Positions 27,993 through 32,000 of a stretch of DNA of 32,000 nucleotides are shown one piece after another. Under the pieces are notes generated by a model. The model was not told the DNA's origin, did not search any database, and saw only the letters and a list, made by a program, of their open reading frames with translations. This DNA is from an uncultured Opitutales bacterium (GTDB lineage: Bacteria > Verrucomicrobiota > Verrucomicrobiia > Opitutales > Intestinicryptomonadaceae): positions 61,312 to 93,311 of the forward strand of contig CAKUIA010000009.1 in assembly GCA_934660865.1 (NCBI GenBank). The letters run 5' to 3'. Every line of letters starts with the position of its first letter. Within the stretch, counting starts at the first letter, position 1. A program made the position numbers and the translations under genes.

Positions 27993-28877
27993 TTACCTTT
28001 CAATATACCCCCCTTCCTGACTTTGTGTTTTGCCTTTTTGAGGTCTCTTTGTCGCCTTGGGAGACTGGGCTTTCAACAACGCCAATGCCTCCGTCGTTTT
28101 TTGGCTGAAAATTCCCAGCGCGATTTCCCAATCGGTAATAATCTGATTCGATTCCGGGGATATGCGTTTTTTCGCCGAATCAATAGCGCGCTTGTAAAAT
28201 TTCTGCGCTTTGGTAAATCCGCTGAAAATGTTTTTTACTTTCATCGAACGTGTTTGCTTTACTCCGACAGCTTTCGGTTTCGGCGAAGACGTTATCTTTG
28301 GAATCTTCGGGATTAGCGTTTTGCATAATTTTGCGATTTGTTTTTCTACGGGGATTGCTTTGTTCGCCACGCTTTTTATTTTCGTATACGAAAGCGTTTT
28401 GATTCTGCCCAACAACTGCTCGTCTTTTATCGCATCGAAAAGTTTTTTTACCCTCGCACATTTGTAGAATTCGCTACGCGATACGAGAAACTTTTTTTCA
28501 CTCGGGAACATCTCCTGAAATTTTGCGTAGTAGTTGATACTTCCATTCGATTTTCCGTCTGGCGGGACAATCTGCGGATTTTTCTGTAAAATCCGCAACG
28601 TCATTTGCCCCTTGCCCGATTCTACAAAATTCCTGATGCGTTTCCCGCTTTCTCCGAATTCGACAATCGCCTTGGCTAAATCGCCTCCGTTGTTTTCGAG
28701 ATATAAATCGATATAAGACTCGATTTCGGCAAAACTTTCCGGAACTACCTTTTGTGAAATGGCATTCTGCTTTGGCGTTGTCGGACACGTTTCTTCGGCT
28801 ATTTCCGTCTCGTCGATTTTTGCCGACGGGTCTCTGCCGAATGTATTTTGCATTTCAGGTAAATCTGGTTGTTCCAT
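27993..28877 (-). CDS. Hypothetical protein of the element backbone
   Basis: 294 aa with an acidic N-terminus and a Lys-rich C-terminus. I recognise no motif. It is co-oriented between the Xis-like gene and mobC. Confidence 0.5.
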   Translation of the reverse strand: MEQPDLPEMQNTFGRDPSAKIDETEIAEETCPTTPKQNAISQKVVPESFAEIESYIDLYLENNGGDLAKAIVEFGESGKRIRNFVESGKGQMTLRILQKNPQIVPPDGKSNGSINYYAKFQEMFPSEKKFLVSRSEFYKCARVKKLFDAIKDEQLLGRIKTLSYTKIKSVANKAIPVEKQIAKLCKTLIPKIPKITSSPKPKAVGVKQTRSMKVKNIFSGFTKAQKFYKRAIDSAKKRISPESNQIITDWEIALGIFSQKTTEALALLKAQSPKATKRPQKGKTQSQEGGYIER

Positions 28878-28880
28878 TGT

Positions 28881-29189
28881 CTACCTTTCCATTTGGGGTT
28901 GAACGAAGCGGTGGTCGTATTTAGCTTTGAGAATTTTCTCTACGCGCAATACCTCCGATTTCACATAGGAATGCGGTTTCCCAATGCACCGCATTTCGGG
29001 ATACTTTTTTAGGTATTTCCCGAATGTTCTTCGCGACATTCGCAATATTGCGAGAGTCTGGTGAATGTCTATCAGTTCGACTCCGCAATATTCCGACAAT
29101 TTTTTGTCGTTTACTTCGGAGGTCGTCCTGATTGTTTGCGCTATTTTAAGTAGCGACTCTATTTCTGCGTCATTTAGTTCTATTATCAT
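28881..29189 (-). CDS. HTH DNA-binding protein, excisionase (Xis/AlpA, HTH_17)-like
   Basis: 102 aa. The text LIDIHQTLAILRMSRRTFGKYLKKYPEM fits the short MerR-like excisionase HTH. It lies directly downstream of the integrase gene. Confidence 0.55.
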   Translation of the reverse strand: MIIELNDAEIESLLKIAQTIRTTSEVNDKKLSEYCGVELIDIHQTLAILRMSRRTFGKYLKKYPEMRCIGKPHSYVKSEVLRVEKILKAKYDHRFVQPQMER

Positions 29190-29237
29190 TTGTACCTTTT
29201 TTTATGATTGTATTCATAAGTTTTACTGGGTAAAAAT

Positions 29238-30395
29238 TTACGCTTTCGAATTTTCCGTTGATTCCTCCGCCAAGCTTTGCGGCGTGATGGAGAAGAATTT
29301 TTCGGCATCTTCAATATTGGCGCTGCCCATATAGTGCTGAGCCAGCGTGGCGTAGCCACGAATGTGCCCCATGTCGGCAACGGTCTTTTGCGGCCCGAAT
29401 TTGAAATACGCGTATGTGGCGAACGTATGCCGCAAAACGTCCTGCGAGAGGGCAACCGGCAGCCCGCGCCGCATTTTCCGAAACGTCCAATACGAGCCTT
29501 TTATTATGTTTCCTTCCCGTTCGTCCTCGGGAACGGTTTCCAGAAACGCCCACAAGTTTTCGGAAACATTTTGAGTGGCGCGCTGCTTGCGCACTTTCGA
29601 TGTCTGCCCCTGAATCGTGATAACTTTCGATTTGAAGTTGATGTCCGACCACTGCATAAAACGCTTCTCGAAATTGCCAATCAGTTCCCCCGGGCGGACT
29701 CCGTAAAACGTCATCAGCGCAAAGCCTGCCAGATACTCTTTCGGAACTGATTTCAGCAGAGTTTTGACCTCTTCGACTGACAGAATTTTCGCAGGCATCG
29801 TGTCGCTATACTTGCGCATAAGCGTAACCTCGGCGGCAACGTCTTCCGTAATGTATCCCTCCCGTTTGGCGAACTTGAACAACGCCTTGATTACTTTGAG
29901 GTTGTTCTTCTGCGAACCGCTCGAACGTATGTAGGATTCGATTTCGCTTTTTAAGATTGTCGCGAAATTTCGAGTTCCATTGAAGTAAGTGATAAAGCGG
30001 ACGCGCAGGTATTGGTCGTATTCCTTGAGCGTTTTGTCGCGGAGATTTATGTGCTGGCTGTGTGCCATAAAGTTTCGCACGCAGTCCCGCACCAATATGA
30101 CCTTGTTGTATGAATTCAACTCGACGCGCCTGATGGCGTCCTTGATTACAATCTCGGTGGACAGCCCGCGCCTGTGGCATTCCGTGTTGAGCTTTAAGAC
30201 GGCCAAACGAACGCCGCTTGGAATTGTCATATCCTCTGGGAGCGAATACTCGCTCCTAAGCGAAATCATAAAAGATTCCGCTTCGCTTTTGGTCGTAAAC
30301 GACCTTGATTTTAATTTGCCCGCATCGGGATAAAACACCAAATAAGGCGATTTGCGCCCGTCGCGATACTCCAGTCTAATTGAATTTGTTTTCAT
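29238..30395 (-). CDS. int: Tyrosine recombinase / phage-type integrase
   Basis: The track ORF opens with a GTG at 30437; the ATG at 30395 gives MKTNSIRLEYRDG. The catalytic-domain text is FYGVRPGELI (box I Arg), LRHTFATYAY (His-x-x-Arg) and MGHIRGYATLAQHYMG (the final His/Tyr region). Confidence 0.9.
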   Translation of the reverse strand: MKTNSIRLEYRDGRKSPYLVFYPDAGKLKSRSFTTKSEAESFMISLRSEYSLPEDMTIPSGVRLAVLKLNTECHRRGLSTEIVIKDAIRRVELNSYNKVILVRDCVRNFMAHSQHINLRDKTLKEYDQYLRVRFITYFNGTRNFATILKSEIESYIRSSGSQKNNLKVIKALFKFAKREGYITEDVAAEVTLMRKYSDTMPAKILSVEEVKTLLKSVPKEYLAGFALMTFYGVRPGELIGNFEKRFMQWSDINFKSKVITIQGQTSKVRKQRATQNVSENLWAFLETVPEDEREGNIIKGSYWTFRKMRRGLPVALSQDVLRHTFATYAYFKFGPQKTVADMGHIRGYATLAQHYMGSANIEDAEKFFSITPQSLAEESTENSKA

Positions 30396-30490
30396 ACAAG
30401 GGAATGTGTTCCGCGGATAAAATTTCCGCCAAAACACCGAATCCCTTTATACGTGCGTAGCACGTCCCGCGCCCACTCGGGCGCACCCTC

Positions 30491-30525
30491 TAAAAAACAA
30501 AAAGCGGCAAAGTCCCCTTTGCCGC
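30491..30525 (-). terminator. Rho-independent terminator of the 31881-30649 two-gene module
   Basis: The stem GCGGCAAA (30504-30511) pairs with TTTGCCGC (30518-30525). On the minus strand it is followed by TTTTTGTTTTTT (complement of 30492-30503). Confidence 0.7.
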
Positions 30526-30648
30526 CGATGTTTGTTGTAAGATGCCGTTAAACGCAAAATCCGATTCTATTGTTGCTATTTGTTGAACGGTCTCTTTTTG
30601 AATTCGGTCTCGTACTTTAAACGTTCAAGAATATCGCGCATGCTCGAT

Positions 30649-31137
30649 TTATTCGATAAGCAGTTTTCCCATCTGAATTTCAATGTTTTCTTCTTTTAGC
30701 TTTATCATGTCTTGTAATGCAAAGAGTCCGTCGCAAAAGAACCAATGGGTGGCATAGCAGATATGAATACTGTATTTTCTCAGTGGCTCGAAGATTTCAA
30801 TGTCCCAATTTTCGTCTTCCAAAAGGGTTGAAATTCGGTCTGCGGGTTTTTGGGAATCGACCGAAAGCATATACGGAGTTTGATGTTCGGCAACTTTGGG
30901 TGGAAAGTTTATTCTTATTGCTTCTTCTACCGAGTAATTCCCTTCTATTACACCGATATTTACCAAATGGTTTAACAAACGTTTTCCTTTACACAATCTA
31001 TCAAAAAGTTCGTGTGATTTTCTGAGCAGAATAGAGTTAACCCGCTTTATTTGGGCAATGTTTTCTTCGGAAAACTCAAACTTTTTATTCAGTCGCATTT
31101 TCCTATTATGCAATTTTTTTGTGATTTTATTTCTCAA
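30649..31137 (-). CDS. Hypothetical protein, partner of the FtsK-like pseudo-ATPase
   Basis: 162 aa (an alternative Met lies at residue 14). I recognise no motif. It starts 12 nt after the upstream stop. Confidence 0.5.
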   Translation of the reverse strand: MRNKITKKLHNRKMRLNKKFEFSEENIAQIKRVNSILLRKSHELFDRLCKGKRLLNHLVNIGVIEGNYSVEEAIRINFPPKVAEHQTPYMLSVDSQKPADRISTLLEDENWDIEIFEPLRKYSIHICYATHWFFCDGLFALQDMIKLKEENIEIQMGKLLIE

Positions 31138-31149
31138 AATATTTACCTC

Positions 31150-31881
31150 CTATAAAATGCGAAATTTCTGTAAGTCGTCCTTAGTTTGGAGAATTACATC
31201 ATCTTTTAGCGGACGAACTTGGTCTTTCGTGTTTTGCAACACACTTTTAGATGCATTGTAAATGCGTTGGTAAAATTCAAGGCGGGTGGGAAAATATGCG
31301 TTCCATGCGTCGCGAATACACGGAGGTTCAATGGAATAGTTAGACGTAGCAACGATTAGAAATACCCCCGTTCCCTTTGTGTAGAGAGCCTTGTTTATAA
31401 ATTCGTGAAAGAAAAAATGATTTCCCTTCCGCCCAAGCAATTTTGAATAATCGGAGGTGATGGAAACAATGACGGGTAATTTTCTCTTTGCAGTTTTGTT
31501 GTATTCAAAGAACGAACCGCCAAAGTTTTCCAAGAGCTTGTATCTTTCGCGGTAAATTCTGTAAAGCACGTCTGCTACATAGAGAATTTCTGGAGTTCTG
31601 GTTTTTACCTTTCCTCCCCAAAAATGGCAATTCCCTTTAAAACTCGAAAAGATTTTTCTCTCATTTGAATTTAAAATTATCTCCAATTCCTCGTCGGAAT
31701 AACGTTCCGAAAGCGATTTGATTAAGGTTGAAACGTATTTTGTCAAAAAGCGGTTGTCTCCTCCAATTAAAATATTGTCGAGTGAGAACAAGTCTTTGTA
31801 AACGGTTTCACCTACGTCGTTTTTCCCAATCGGAATAGTTATAGCTTTTTCAGGTTCAAAATTTTGATTTTTGTCTTTCAT
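31150..31881 (-). CDS. Stand-alone FtsK/SpoIIIE-like domain protein with degenerate Walker A, Walker B and arginine-finger motifs
   Basis: 243 aa, collinear with the FtsK motor core. [41 protein letters not shown] aligns with [54 protein letters not shown]..YNKT aligns with [31 protein letters not shown] aligns with [46 protein letters not shown] aligns with [30 protein letters not shown]. Confidence 0.65.
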   Translation of the reverse strand: [243 protein letters not shown]

Positions 31882-31904
31882 GTTAATTTATATACAAAAA
31901 TGCA

Positions 31905-31946
31905 GCGACAGAATACGTCGCATTCGTACATGTCGTATTCTGTCGC
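31905..31946. promoter_or_regulatory. Perfect 13-bp inverted repeat upstream of the FtsK-like gene (operator or leader hairpin)
   Basis: GCGACAGAATACG (31905-31917) and CGTATTCTGTCGC (31934-31946) are exact reverse complements with a 16-nt spacer. They lie 24 bp upstream of the ATG at 31881. Confidence 0.5.
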
Positions 31947-32000
31947 ACTCATGTATTAATGTCTTTTCAATTAAAACTTGCGCTTTGCTGTGTGTAATAT

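Larger units (their letters stand above)
17700..30490. mobile_element. Putative integrative mobilizable element abutting tRNA-Asp (integrase, Xis-like HTH, MobC and relaxase backbone with NTPase/helicase cargo); boundaries unresolved and may extend past 32000
   Basis: Accessory genes begin immediately 3' of the tRNA. The co-oriented backbone is int (29238-30395), an HTH/Xis-like gene (28881-29189), a 294-aa ORF, mobC (27406-27858) and a relaxase (26015-27409). No housekeeping gene lies to the right of the tRNA. I found no direct repeat of the tRNA 3' end. Confidence 0.55.

Noticed and set aside
30459-30476. Weak resemblance of CACGTCCCGCGCCCAC, upstream of int, to the tRNA-Asp 3' end CTCGTCCATCCCGCCAC, a possible attR.
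   Set aside because: The alignment needs gaps and several mismatches, so it is not convincing as a direct repeat. I kept it only as a location hint for the element end.

Overview
The window has two parts. Bases 1-17.6 kb are ordinary chromosome of a Gram-negative bacterium. They carry pheA (cut by the window edge), scpB, ilvD, miaB, an LptF/G-type permease operon, mdh, ppdK, an MFS transporter, and a secreted glycan-degrading cluster of two tandem beta-helix paralogues plus a GH2 hydrolase. Start codons have A-rich leaders and no Shine-Dalgarno sequence, which suggests an FCB-group (Fibrobacter/Bacteroidetes-like) host; this is inference only. A tRNA-Asp(GTC) lies at 17623-17699. Everything to its right, at least 14 kb and running to the window end, is accessory DNA. 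The backbone is a co-oriented tyrosine integrase, Xis-like HTH, 294-aa ORF, MobC and relaxase (30395 down to 26015), so I read it as an integrative mobilizable element. I could not find att repeats, so its boundaries are unresolved. The cargo consists of uncharacterised NTPase modules. (1) A four-gene, translationally coupled operon (20485 down to 17947) is built around a membrane-anchor-less VirD4/TraG-like ATPase and ends in phased CCAACAA repeats; this is my best candidate for an undescribed system. (2) An AAA+/DUF4143-type ATPase sits behind a perfect 12-bp inverted repeat. (3) A head-to-head pair combines a 312-aa Cys-cluster/basic protein with an 804-aa UvrD-like helicase that has a large insertion. 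(4) There is an orphan HigA-like HTH gene. (5) Beyond the integrase lies a two-gene module whose first protein is a stand-alone FtsK/SpoIIIE-like domain with all its catalytic motifs ablated. Other oddities are a protein-like 121-aa ORF nested in another frame of the relaxase gene and a Lys/Ala-rich histone-H1-like N-terminal tail on PPDK. No CRISPR array, rRNA or transposase was seen. All family calls rest on motifs read by eye; no searches were run.
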